Source of the DNA: a bacterium
GTDB taxonomy: Bacteria > Zhuqueibacterota > Zhuqueibacteria > Residuimicrobiales > Krinioviventaceae
Length of the DNA: 64,000 bases
NCBI GenBank assembly: GCA_963674595.2
Contig: CAXXFV010000023.1
Span: 160,001 to 224,000 of the forward strand
Direction: 5' to 3'
Below are positions 38,382-47,826 of the stretch, piece by piece (position 1 is the stretch's first letter; the number at the start of each line of letters is the position of its first letter). The translations under genes were made by a program, and so were the position numbers. The notes below the pieces were generated by a model. That model was not told the DNA's origin. It ran no database searches and worked only from the letters and a program-made list of their open reading frames with translations.

Positions 38382-38429
38382 GAATATTTCAAGGGGCAAA
38401 TCATTTAATTTAAGGAAAGTGGTTTTCTA

Positions 38430-38987
38430 ATGGAATTAAAAGTTAAAGCTGAAATTATTGATGAAGCTGGTCTGCAAAGAACTATAGTTCGATTGGCACA
38501 CGAAATTATCGAAAGAAACCGTGGTGTAAAAAACCTGGCTATTGTCGGGGTTCGAACTCGTGGTGCTGTTATTGCTGAACGGTTGGTTGAAAAAATTAAT
38601 GAAATAGAGAATGTCCTCGTGCCTTTGGGAATTTTGGACATTACATTGTATCGGGATGATTTTCGGAAACGACTGAAACAACCGGTTGTACAGGTTACTG
38701 AAATTCCATTTGAAATCGATGATATTGCTGTTGTGCTGGTTGATGATGTCCTGTTTACAGGAAGAACCTCTCGTGCCGCTTTGGATGCTCTAATGGATTT
38801 TGGTCGGCCCTCTTCTATCCAATTAATGACATTAATTGATCGTGGACATCGCGAGCTTCCCATCCATGCCGATTATGTCGGTAAAGAAATTCATACCTCC
38901 GTCGGAGAAGAAGTTCAGGTCCGGTTAAAGGAAATAGATAGCGAAGATTGTGTTTTGTTAGTAGAATCTCCAAAGGAGGAAAAATAA
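38430..38987 (+). CDS. pyrR: Bifunctional pyr operon regulator / uracil phosphoribosyltransferase
   Basis: RLAHEIIERN, LDITLYRDD, VLVDDVLFTGRT, DRGHRELPIHADYVGK. Confidence 0.96.
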   Translation: MELKVKAEIIDEAGLQRTIVRLAHEIIERNRGVKNLAIVGVRTRGAVIAERLVEKINEIENVLVPLGILDITLYRDDFRKRLKQPVVQVTEIPFEIDDIAVVLVDDVLFTGRTSRAALDALMDFGRPSSIQLMTLIDRGHRELPIHADYVGKEIHTSVGEEVQVRLKEIDSEDCVLLVESPKEEK

Positions 38988-38989
38988 AT

Positions 38990-39925
38990 ATGACCCTTGC
39001 AATTTCTCATTTGTTAGGTCTTGAGGGCGTTTCGAAAAAGGATATAACCTTGATTTTGGATACGGCAAAATCGTTAAAAGAAATCCTGAGCCGTCCCATC
39101 CCCAAAGTTCCGACCCTTCGCGGCAAAACAGTCGTCAATTTGTTTTTTGAAGCTTCTACCCGCACACGAATTTCTTTCGAGCTGGCAGAAAAACGATTAT
39201 CTGCCGACACTGTAAATTTTTCGGCTTCTACAAGTTCCGTTAAAAAGGGTGAAACCCTGAAGGATACCATACGAAATATTGAAGCCATGAAAATTGATAT
39301 GGTTGTGGTTCGTCATGCCGCTGCCGGAGTGCCGTTGTTTCTGACAAAATGTGTAGACGCCGCTATTATCAATGCCGGAGATGGTATTCATGAACATCCG
39401 ACCCAGGCACTTTTGGACATGATGACTCTATGCGAAAAATATGGTAATTTGGAAGGATTAAAAGTAGCCATTGTTGGAGATATATCCCACAGCCGTGTTG
39501 CCGGTTCAAATATTCACGGTCTTTTGACAATGGGTGCAGAGGTTATGCTGTGCGGACCCAGAACCCTTATGCCAAGGCATATCGACCAGATGGGTGTTCG
39601 TGTTTCCCATAACCTGGAAGAAGCAATAGAATGGGCAGATGTTTTAAACGTTCTGAGAATACAATTGGAACGACAGGAAGCCGGACTTTTTCCATCTATT
39701 CGGGAATATCATACAGAATTTGGTGTTACACTTGACAAATTAAAAAAAGTGGATAAAGAAATTACAATTATGCATCCCGGACCTATTAATAGGGGCATTG
39801 AGTTAGATAGTGATGTTGCAGATAGTGACTTTTCAGTTATATTAAATCAAGTGACAAATGGTGTTGCTGTTCGAATGGCAGTGCTGTATTTGTTGAGTGA
39901 CCTTGAAGGGACTGAGGACAAATAA
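38990..39925 (+). CDS. pyrB: Aspartate carbamoyltransferase catalytic subunit
   Basis: FFEASTRTRISF, KGETLKDT, NAGDG.HEHPTQ, HPGPINRG. ATG 38990 has an AGGAGG RBS. Confidence 0.96.
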   Translation: MTLAISHLLGLEGVSKKDITLILDTAKSLKEILSRPIPKVPTLRGKTVVNLFFEASTRTRISFELAEKRLSADTVNFSASTSSVKKGETLKDTIRNIEAMKIDMVVVRHAAAGVPLFLTKCVDAAIINAGDGIHEHPTQALLDMMTLCEKYGNLEGLKVAIVGDISHSRVAGSNIHGLLTMGAEVMLCGPRTLMPRHIDQMGVRVSHNLEEAIEWADVLNVLRIQLERQEAGLFPSIREYHTEFGVTLDKLKKVDKEITIMHPGPINRGIELDSDVADSDFSVILNQVTNGVAVRMAVLYLLSDLEGTEDK

Positions 39926-39942
39926 AAACAGGTTGGTGTATT

Positions 39943-41235
39943 GTGACAAAATTTAAAAAAACCGAACAAATTCTTTTATCAGGTGGTGAAATAATAAATC
40001 CTGAAAATGGAAACCGCCAAAAAAATGATTTGATTATTATAAATGGAAAAATTGATTCTATCGGTAATTTTGATAAAAAAAGTTTTTCCGGAGATGTAAT
40101 TGACGCAACAGGCACGCTAATTATGCCGGGTTTAATAGACATGCATGTTCATCTTCGTGAACCTGGACGGGAAGATGAAGAGACAATAGAAAGCGGTTGC
40201 GAGGCGGCTATGGCCGGAGGCATGACGGCCGTTTGCGCCATGCCCAATACAGACCCGCCTTGCGATAAGCAGCAAACGGTTAAATATTTAATAAACCGTG
40301 CAAAAAATGAACTGGTTGATGTTTTACCGATTGCCGCTATAACTAAAAACAGAGCCGGTCAGGAGATTACCGAAATGGCCGAGCTTGTTAAAGCCGGTGC
40401 CGTTGGTTTTTCTGATGATGGCAGTCCGGTACAAAACACCGATGTAATGAGGCGTGCGCTGGAATATGCTGCAATGTACGATTCTGTTATTATTGATCAT
40501 TGTGAAGATCCCTATCTTTTCAAAGGGGGTCATATGAATGAAGGGATCATGTCTACGCGCCTTGGGGTTCCACCCATTCCGTCAATCGGCGAAGAAATAA
40601 TGATCGGGAGAAATATCCATCTGGCAAAATATACGGGCGGGCGTATCCATATAGCCCATATTTCAACAAAAGATGGTGTGGAATTGGTTCGGCGTGCAAA
40701 AAATGAAGGTGTAAACATAACCTGTGAGGTTACGCCGCACCATTTGGTTCTAACGGATGAAGCCCTGGTAAATTATGATACCAACCTGAAAATGAATCCC
40801 CCGCTGCGCACTGCCGAGGATGTTGAGGCGCTTAAACAAGGTTTAAGTGACGGGACTATTGATGTCATCGCTTCTGATCATGCGCCGCACTCTATAGAAG
40901 AAAAAGATGTAGAGTTTATCGCGGCCCCATTCGGAATTATAGGGCTTGAGACAATGCTGGGATTAATTCAAACTTTTATTGTGGACAAAGGTATCTTGTC
41001 TCTTGAGCAGGCCCTTAATAAAATGAGTCTTGCGCCGCGTAAAATTTTGAATCTGGATATGCCCAAAATTGAAAAAGGGGCAAAAGCAAACATAACTGTT
41101 ATATACCCTGACAAAGAATGGACTGTTAACGCAAAAACATTAAAATCCCTTTCAAAAAACACGCCTTTTGATAATTGGAATTTAAAGGGCAGGGTAAAAT
41201 GTGTAATAAATAACGGGCTTTATTACGCAACATAA
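39943..41235 (+). CDS. pyrC: Dihydroorotase (type I)
   Basis: DMHVHLREPG, MPNT, FSDDG, HIAHIS, KMNPPLR, SDHAPH. Confidence 0.95.
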   Translation: MTKFKKTEQILLSGGEIINPENGNRQKNDLIIINGKIDSIGNFDKKSFSGDVIDATGTLIMPGLIDMHVHLREPGREDEETIESGCEAAMAGGMTAVCAMPNTDPPCDKQQTVKYLINRAKNELVDVLPIAAITKNRAGQEITEMAELVKAGAVGFSDDGSPVQNTDVMRRALEYAAMYDSVIIDHCEDPYLFKGGHMNEGIMSTRLGVPPIPSIGEEIMIGRNIHLAKYTGGRIHIAHISTKDGVELVRRAKNEGVNITCEVTPHHLVLTDEALVNYDTNLKMNPPLRTAEDVEALKQGLSDGTIDVIASDHAPHSIEEKDVEFIAAPFGIIGLETMLGLIQTFIVDKGILSLEQALNKMSLAPRKILNLDMPKIEKGAKANITVIYPDKEWTVNAKTLKSLSKNTPFDNWNLKGRVKCVINNGLYYAT

Positions 41236-41266
41236 ACAATTTAAAGCATGGAATTTAAAAAAGATA

Positions 41267-41295
41267 TTGCATATTTGTAATTTTTTGCTTAAATT
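41267..41295 (+). promoter_or_regulatory. Sigma70-type promoter of the rplM operon
   Basis: TTGCAT-N17-TAAATT. Confidence 0.55.
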
Positions 41296-41331
41296 TTGCG
41301 TCTTTGTGGTTAACTAAATGGGAGAAAAAGA

Positions 41332-41760
41332 TTGAAAACATATTCACCAAAACCAAATGACGTCGAACAAAAATGGTTCGTCGTAGATGCAGAAGGGCAG
41401 GTTTTGGGACGTTTGGCCAGTAAAGTGGCTCATGTTGTTCGTGGTAAACACAAACCTGCATGGGCTCCGCATGCCGATATTGGCGATTTTGTCGTTATCG
41501 TTAATGCTGATAAAATTCTTGTTACTGGTCGTAAATCGGAACAAAAGAAATATCATCATCATTCCGGTTACCCAGGCGGTCTCAAAGTAACACCCTTTAA
41601 AAGTATGATGGAAAATAAACCGGAGAATATTTTATACCAGGCTGTACGTGGCATGTTGCCAAAAAATCGTCTTGGTCGTAAAATGCTGAAAAAAGTTAAA
41701 ATTTATGCATCTTCGGAACATCCACACACGGCTCAACAGCCAGAGTCATTAACTGTTTAA
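41332..41760 (+). CDS. rplM: 50S ribosomal protein L13
   Basis: [47 protein letters not shown] start. Confidence 0.98.
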   Translation: MKTYSPKPNDVEQKWFVVDAEGQVLGRLASKVAHVVRGKHKPAWAPHADIGDFVVIVNADKILVTGRKSEQKKYHHHSGYPGGLKVTPFKSMMENKPENILYQAVRGMLPKNRLGRKMLKKVKIYASSEHPHTAQQPESLTV

Positions 41761-41803
41761 ACGTAATGGTACACAAGTAAACGCTCTGATGTAAGGAGAG
41801 AAA

Positions 41804-42196
41804 ATGAAAGATACAGAGTATTACGCAACCGGGCGGCGAAAAAACGCTATTGCTCGTGTTTACCTTACACCAGGCAACGGCCAGATTAAAGTAAACAATA
41901 AAGAGTTGATGGAGTATTTTCAAAGAGATACTCTTAAAATGATTATTGAGCAGCCTTTGGTCGTTACTGAAACGTTAGGAAAATACGATGTAATTGCCCA
42001 TGTAAATGGTGGCGGTCTTACAGGTCAAGCCGGAGCAATGCTTCTGGGTTTGGCACGTGCATTAGTAAAAGTAGATGAAGAATTGAGATCTGTTTTACGT
42101 CAAAACGGCTTTTTAACACGTGATCCCCGAATGGTTGAACGTAAAAAATACGGACGTCCGGGTGCTCGTAAACGATTCCAGTTCTCGAAACGTTAA
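41804..42196 (+). CDS. rpsI: 30S ribosomal protein S9
   Basis: [42 protein letters not shown]. Confidence 0.98.
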   Translation: MKDTEYYATGRRKNAIARVYLTPGNGQIKVNNKELMEYFQRDTLKMIIEQPLVVTETLGKYDVIAHVNGGGLTGQAGAMLLGLARALVKVDEELRSVLRQNGFLTRDPRMVERKKYGRPGARKRFQFSKR

Positions 42197-42207
42197 TTTT
42201 ATCAAAA

Positions 42208-42283
42208 AACACACACTTGCCTTTTTTCGCGGGGTGATCAACAACTGGTTGGTTTCGCAAAAGTCAAGTGGAGGAATAACCCC
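42208..42283 (+). ncRNA. rpsB (S2 / t44-type) leader RNA
   Basis: ACACACAC...GGGGTG...hairpin...GTGGAGG-AAT-AACCCC layout matches the known S2-binding rpsB leader and sits immediately before the rpsB RBS. Confidence 0.75.
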
Positions 42284-42300
42284 AGAAATAGGAGTAAAAA

Positions 42301-43077
42301 ATGCCAAAAACAAGTATCCAAGATCTTTTACTCGCTGGATGTCATTTCGGGCACCTCACCAGACGGTGGAATCCCAAAATGAAAAATTACATTTTTATGG
42401 AACGTAATGGCATTCACATTATCGATTTAAAAAAGACATTGCAGTACTTGAATACTGCGTGCGAACAGATTACTGAAAATGTTCGCAGGGGCGGAAATGT
42501 ATTATTTGTCGGTACCAAAAAACAGGCAAAAGACATCATTCGCTTGGAAGCGGAACGCTGTAATATGCCTTATGTTACAGAAAGATGGCTTGGTGGTACA
42601 CTAACCAATTTTATTACCATTAAAAAAAGTGTAAAACGCCTGAAAAATTTAGAGAAAAAAGCGACAGATGGTACTTATGATAAATTGAGCAAAAAAGAAA
42701 TTTTGCAAATCGAGCGGGAAAAAGAAAAATTAAATAAAGTTCTCGGTGGTATCCGTGAAATGGTTCATTTGCCTTCAGCAATTTTTATTGTAGATGCTAA
42801 AAAAGAAACGATTGCCCTGAAAGAGGCTATTCGTTTGAATATACCAGTATTTGGCATGGTTGATACAAATACTGACCCTGATCCTCTTGATTATATTATT
42901 CCATGTAATGACGATGCCTTTAAATCAATCAATTTAATAGCGCACTGCATTTCTGACGCTGTTATTGAAGGCAAATCAGGCCAACTGGAAGCTCAGATGG
43001 CAGAGGGTGCTGAAGAGCAGGCTCAGGCGGAAGAAGCTGAAATTGCTGCTGAAGAATCAAATGATGAATCAAAATAA
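42301..43077 (+). CDS. rpsB: 30S ribosomal protein S2
   Basis: AGCHFGH..RWNPKM, IHIIDL, FVGTKKQA, RWLGGTLTN, VDTNTDP, PCNDD. Confidence 0.98.
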   Translation: MPKTSIQDLLLAGCHFGHLTRRWNPKMKNYIFMERNGIHIIDLKKTLQYLNTACEQITENVRRGGNVLFVGTKKQAKDIIRLEAERCNMPYVTERWLGGTLTNFITIKKSVKRLKNLEKKATDGTYDKLSKKEILQIEREKEKLNKVLGGIREMVHLPSAIFIVDAKKETIALKEAIRLNIPVFGMVDTNTDPDPLDYIIPCNDDAFKSINLIAHCISDAVIEGKSGQLEAQMAEGAEEQAQAEEAEIAAEESNDESK

Positions 43078-43121
43078 TTTAATGACTTTATTTCTTGGAA
43101 CTTAAAATAGGAGATATATAA

Positions 43122-43715
43122 ATGGCCATCCAGGCTTCAGATGTTAAAGTTTTAAGAGAAAAAACCGGCGCTGGTATGATGGACTGTAAAAAGGCGCTGA
43201 CAGAGGCAAATGGTGATATGGAAGCTGCCATTGAATATTTGCGTACCAAAGGTTTACAACAGGCTGAAAAGAAAGCCGGGCGTTCAGCTCAGGAAGGTAT
43301 TATTCAGTCATACATTCATCCTGGAAGTAAATTGGGTGTTTTGGTAGAAATCAATTGTGAAACTGATTTTGTTGCCAGAACAGATGACTTTTTAGAATTT
43401 ACCAAAGATGTTGCCATGCAAATTGCCGCTGCCAAACCAATCGTTGTTTCTCGCGAAGAAGTAGATCCAAAGATTGTTGAAAAAGAAAAAGAGATTTATA
43501 AAGCACAGGCAATTGAACAGGGTAAACCTGAGAAAATTTTTGATCGTTTTGTTGAAGGTAAACTGGAAAAATTTTACCAGGAAAACTGCTTGTTGGAACA
43601 AAGTTTTGTTAAAGACCCAAACAAAACTGTTAAGGATATTTTGAATGAAATTATCGCCAAGCTAGGCGAGAACATGATCATTAAAAGATTTGTTCGATTT
43701 CAGCTAGGTGAATAA
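43122..43715 (+). CDS. tsf: Elongation factor Ts (short form)
   Basis: [26 protein letters not shown]; 197 aa. Confidence 0.97.
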   Translation: MAIQASDVKVLREKTGAGMMDCKKALTEANGDMEAAIEYLRTKGLQQAEKKAGRSAQEGIIQSYIHPGSKLGVLVEINCETDFVARTDDFLEFTKDVAMQIAAAKPIVVSREEVDPKIVEKEKEIYKAQAIEQGKPEKIFDRFVEGKLEKFYQENCLLEQSFVKDPNKTVKDILNEIIAKLGENMIIKRFVRFQLGE

Positions 43716-43724
43716 AATAAATAT

Positions 43725-43752
43725 GGAGCGAAGTTTTACTTCGCTCTTTTTA
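43725..43752 (+). terminator. Terminator after tsf
   Basis: GAGCGAAGT-TTT-ACTTCGCTC followed by a T-run. Confidence 0.8.
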
Positions 43753-43796
43753 TATAACAAATACAGAATATCTTTTTATTTTAGGAGACTGTATTT

Positions 43797-44519
43797 TTGG
43801 AGAAAAAACCTCAATTTAAACGAGTTTTACTCAAATTAAGCGGTGAAGCACTTATGGGGAGTGAAAAGCTTGGTATTGATCCTGTAACAGTTGATCAAAT
43901 CAGCAGGGAAGTAAGTGAAGTCGCTGCCATGGGAATTCAAGTTGGTATTATCATCGGGGGAGGAAATATTTTTCGAGGGCTATCTGCAAGTGCCCGTGGT
44001 ATGGATCGCGTTACCGGTGATTATATGGGAATGCTTGCAACTGTAATAAATTCTCTTGCATTGCAAGATTATCTCGAGCGTCATAATGCCAAAACACGTG
44101 TTATGACTGCCATCAAAATGGAAGAAATTGCTGAGCCATTTATTCGCCGTCGGGCTATTGCACATTTGGAACGAGGTGATATAGTTATTTTTGGAGCTGG
44201 TACCGGTAATCCATATTTTACAACAGATACTGCGGCTGCCTTGCGGGCAATCGAAATTGAAGCAGACGCTATTATTAAAGGGACTAAAGTTGATGGCGTG
44301 TATGATAAAGATCCTGTGACCAATCCGGATGCCGTAAAATTTGATCAACTGACCTATATGGAAATCGTTAATAAACGTCTGAGGGTCATGGATACGACTG
44401 CTGTTACCCTGTGTATGGAAAATAAATTGCCAATTATGGTATTTAACCTAAAAACAGAAGGTAATCTAAAAAGATTAATGTATGGTGAAGCCATTGGAAC
44501 CAAAGTAATCGGTGAGTAA
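43797..44519 (+). CDS. pyrH: UMP kinase
   Basis: [46 protein letters not shown]. Confidence 0.97.
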   Translation: MEKKPQFKRVLLKLSGEALMGSEKLGIDPVTVDQISREVSEVAAMGIQVGIIIGGGNIFRGLSASARGMDRVTGDYMGMLATVINSLALQDYLERHNAKTRVMTAIKMEEIAEPFIRRRAIAHLERGDIVIFGAGTGNPYFTTDTAAALRAIEIEADAIIKGTKVDGVYDKDPVTNPDAVKFDQLTYMEIVNKRLRVMDTTAVTLCMENKLPIMVFNLKTEGNLKRLMYGEAIGTKVIGE

Positions 44520-45078
44520 TATGATAGAACAAATTAAAAAAGAAATGAATGAAAAAATGGAACTTTCTGTCGAAAGTGTCCGTACAGAGTTTACAAAGCT
44601 CAGAACAGGAAAGGCGACTCCTGCTATTTTGGATGGTATTTCCGTAGACTATTATGGTAATAATACGCCTTTAAAACAGGTTGCAAATGTCAGTGCACCT
44701 GAACCCCGTTTGTTGGTTATTCAGCCGTGGGAAAAAAGCTTGTTGGGAGAAATAGAAAAAGCTATTCTCAAATCAGACCTCGGACTAAATCCAACAAGCG
44801 ATGGTATTGTTATTCGAATTCCAATACCTCAACTTACTGAGGAACGGCGACATTCTTTGGTCAAGGTTGCAAAAAAAATTGCCGAAGATGGTAAAATTGC
44901 TGTTCGTAATATCCGGCGGGATGCTAATGAAAAACTGAAAAAATCAGAGAAAAATAAAGAAATCTCTGAAGATCAAATGCATTCTGCACAGGATGATGTA
45001 CAGAAAAAAACAGATAGCTTTATTTCCAAGATTGATGAACTTTTGTCCGTCAAGGAAAAAGATATCCTGACAATTTAG
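44512..45078 (+). CDS. frr: Ribosome recycling factor
   Basis: [35 protein letters not shown]. Confidence 0.97.
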   Translation: MSNMIEQIKKEMNEKMELSVESVRTEFTKLRTGKATPAILDGISVDYYGNNTPLKQVANVSAPEPRLLVIQPWEKSLLGEIEKAILKSDLGLNPTSDGIVIRIPIPQLTEERRHSLVKVAKKIAEDGKIAVRNIRRDANEKLKKSEKNKEISEDQMHSAQDDVQKKTDSFISKIDELLSVKEKDILTI

Positions 45079-45104
45079 TTTATAACTAAAATTTTAGAAC
45101 TTGC

Positions 45105-45137
45105 AAAACCGCTATTAGTTATAATAGCGGTTTTTTT
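45105..45137 (+). terminator. Terminator after frr
   Basis: AAAACCGCTATTA-GTTA-TAATAGCGGTTTTTTT. Confidence 0.85.
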
Positions 45138-45161
45138 AATACAAATCCTTAAACAGGAATT

Positions 45162-45923
45162 TTGATGATGGCAACGTACGACCCTTTTGCAAAATTTTAT
45201 GATTTGGAATATGGCCATAAAGATAACGATATTCCCTTTTACCTGGACATTGCCGACATGCATGGTCGCTCAATCCTTGAAATCGGCGTTGGAACAGGCC
45301 GTATGGCCATTCCGTTGGCCCAGAGGGGCTTTTCTGTTCATGGCCTGGACAACTCGGAATCCATGCTGGAGATCACGCGACAAAAAATAGCCAAACAGGA
45401 ATATGAAAATTTATTGCAGCTAACCTGCGCTGATATGAGAAATTTCAAGCTGGATCAAAAATTTTCACTTTGTATTATTCCTTTTCGCGCGTTTTTACAT
45501 AATTTGAATACCGAAGACCAAATTTCTACATTAAAATGCATTTATGATCATTTAAACAAAGATGGTATGCTTGTTTTTGATCTGTTTGTTCCATTACATG
45601 CCGTTCTTGCTCAAAACCGATGGAGCGAGATTATAGAAGAAGACGAATTATCCGTAGAAGAGAGCGGTGTTACAATTAATTGTAATGTAGAGCATGATCC
45701 GATAAACCAGTTGCTGGTTATGGAAAATTTATACATTGAAACAGATAAAACTCAAACCAGCCAGATGAAAAATACCATGACATATCGATATGTTTTTCGT
45801 TATGAAATGGAACTATTATTAAGGTTATGCGGGTTTGAAACTGTTCGTGTTTTTGGGGGCTTTGAAGAACAAGATTATAATTTCGACAGCGGTATAATGA
45901 TTTTTGTTGCGAAAAAATGCTAA
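45162..45923 (+). CDS. Class I SAM-dependent methyltransferase
   Basis: ILEIGVGTGR, GLDNS, CADMR, HLNKDG. Confidence 0.85.
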   Translation: MMMATYDPFAKFYDLEYGHKDNDIPFYLDIADMHGRSILEIGVGTGRMAIPLAQRGFSVHGLDNSESMLEITRQKIAKQEYENLLQLTCADMRNFKLDQKFSLCIIPFRAFLHNLNTEDQISTLKCIYDHLNKDGMLVFDLFVPLHAVLAQNRWSEIIEEDELSVEESGVTINCNVEHDPINQLLVMENLYIETDKTQTSQMKNTMTYRYVFRYEMELLLRLCGFETVRVFGGFEEQDYNFDSGIMIFVAKKC

Positions 45924-45979
45924 TATTAATAATTTAGTATAAAAATGGCAAGATACAATACACAATCCGGAACCAGTCA

Positions 45980-46864
45980 GTGAATCTTAAAAAAGTTAAA
46001 ATTGTTCAAAATCCAAAATCAGGGATAATTAGAAGTCCATATTTTATACGCAAATTGATTGAATTTATTTTGCAGGATGCCCCGTTTCAATTTGATTTTG
46101 TTGAAACGCAATATAGCGGTCATGCTAAAGAAATTGCCAGGCAAGCTGCCAAAGACGGATACGATGCCGTTGTTGCTGTTGGTGGTGACGGCACGGCAAA
46201 TCAAATTGCTTCGGCATTACTATATACGAACACAGCCCTTGCTATTGTTCCCATGGGGTCCGGTAACGGATTAGCCCGTGCTGTTAGAATTCCTTTAACA
46301 ATAAAAAAAGCCGTTCAATTGCTTTTAGACGGAAAAATTAGACAAATAGATGCCGGTAAAATTCAGGACAAATATTTTTTCATTGTAACAGGACTCGGAT
46401 TTGATGCCGAAATTGGTAAAATTTTTAATGAACAAAATATAAGAGGACCGGTCCCTTATTTTGCAATCGGCTTGAGAGAGTTTTTTAATTATCGCCCCGA
46501 AGTATTTATCATCAAATTTGATGACAAACAAATCGTTGTTCCTTCTTTATTCGTAACAATAGCCAATGCAAAGGGATGGGGCGTTGGAGCTATTATTGCA
46601 CCTCATGCAGAACCGGATGATGGAATTTTGGATATCTGTATTATTCACCGGATTAAATTTTTAACGGCAATTTTTCATTTACCAAAATTGTTTACAGGAA
46701 AGATTGAAAAGGTGCGAAAATATGAGAGGTATCAGGCAAAATCCTTAAAGATTATTCGTGAGCGTCCAGGCGCTTTCCATTGTGATGGTGAATCTTTTGA
46801 CGGTGATACGGAATTGGATATTTCTGTTGAAAGTAAAGCATTAAAAATAATTGTACCAAAATAA
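45980..46864 (+). CDS. Diacylglycerol/lipid kinase family (YegS/BmrU-like)
   Basis: NPKSG, VGGDGT, PMGSGNGLAR, GLGFDA, PDDGILD, HCDGE. Confidence 0.9.
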   Translation: MNLKKVKIVQNPKSGIIRSPYFIRKLIEFILQDAPFQFDFVETQYSGHAKEIARQAAKDGYDAVVAVGGDGTANQIASALLYTNTALAIVPMGSGNGLARAVRIPLTIKKAVQLLLDGKIRQIDAGKIQDKYFFIVTGLGFDAEIGKIFNEQNIRGPVPYFAIGLREFFNYRPEVFIIKFDDKQIVVPSLFVTIANAKGWGVGAIIAPHAEPDDGILDICIIHRIKFLTAIFHLPKLFTGKIEKVRKYERYQAKSLKIIRERPGAFHCDGESFDGDTELDISVESKALKIIVPK

Positions 46865-46934
46865 AAAATATGAAACCAAATAGTGTTTATTTGAGTCTTA
46901 TAGAAAAGCCTGTTTCAAATTTTAGAGATGCTTT

Positions 46935-47819
46935 ATGACTCTGTTTAAAAAAATCGGATTTGCTCTGTTGGTGTTTTTTATGTCGGTGGGAATTTTCTTT
47001 TTATTATCTAACAATGAGCAAATAAAAACAAATATTCTCCGAACTTCATTAGAGTTATTTGGTAAAGAGTTATTAGCTATGGTCCCCGAGGGTAATGAAA
47101 AAGACCTGTTGGTTGATCGATATAATCAATTTATCAATAAAGCGGAAAATGATGAAATTCCACCTGAAAAAATAGAAAAGATTGCTGCAACTATACTAAA
47201 TCTTGCCAATCAGGATTCTCTGATAAGTGCGGAAAAAGCCATTAACGCTCTGGAATTAACTGATTTGGAACCGATTTCAAAAGATTCCTTATCGATTCGG
47301 AGTTCTTTTATAAAAAGAGTGCCCGATTTTCGAATGCCTTTACCCTTCCTGTGGAAATTGCATGACAAAAAACACATGGAACTGGCAAACAGGCTCACGG
47401 CTGCCCGGGAGTTTCATGTATTTATGCGCAACATGAGCATACCTGACAGTTGTCTTGACGTTATGAAAAAACATTATGTGTTTATGGCTGACAGCGGTCT
47501 TCGGATTGTGATGGATATGAATATTGAAAAAGCCATGCCTGTAGAACGTGTAAAAAGCCTGGAAGATAAAATTGGTATTCTTGAGGAACAAAATCAACTC
47601 GTGTGGACAAAGGACATTGAACCTTTTATTTTAAACCATGCTGATGATTTTACGAATATGAGATTTTTACGTGATTTTAAAGATCCGCAGTTTCGTCGTC
47701 GGTTTTTAGAATCTATTAAAGGATTGAATGGGAAAATTAATATCGATTCAATTGTTGTTGTCAGTCCTGATTCATCACGAAAAAATATGACAATGTCGAT
47801 TCAAATCAAAACAAAGTAA
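46935..47819 (+). CDS. Hypothetical protein with N-terminal membrane anchor
   Basis: 294-aa ORF with a single N-terminal hydrophobic helix. A possible ECF-type promoter TGAAAC-N17-AGTCT lies at 46871-46898. Confidence 0.65.
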   Translation: MTLFKKIGFALLVFFMSVGIFFLLSNNEQIKTNILRTSLELFGKELLAMVPEGNEKDLLVDRYNQFINKAENDEIPPEKIEKIAATILNLANQDSLISAEKAINALELTDLEPISKDSLSIRSSFIKRVPDFRMPLPFLWKLHDKKHMELANRLTAAREFHVFMRNMSIPDSCLDVMKKHYVFMADSGLRIVMDMNIEKAMPVERVKSLEDKIGILEEQNQLVWTKDIEPFILNHADDFTNMRFLRDFKDPQFRRRFLESIKGLNGKINIDSIVVVSPDSSRKNMTMSIQIKTK

Positions 47820-47826
47820 AATATTT

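Noticed and set aside
38948-38989. Upstream starts given by the ORF track (pyrB 38948, nadE 18949, 14120, 15701, 27280, 52223)
   Set aside because: Downstream ATGs have better RBS or promoter context and match expected N-termini.
43122-43715. Short EF-Ts as a truncated pseudogene
   Set aside because: EF-Ts of about 200 aa is a known natural form. RBS, C-terminal RFVRFQLGE and terminator are intact.
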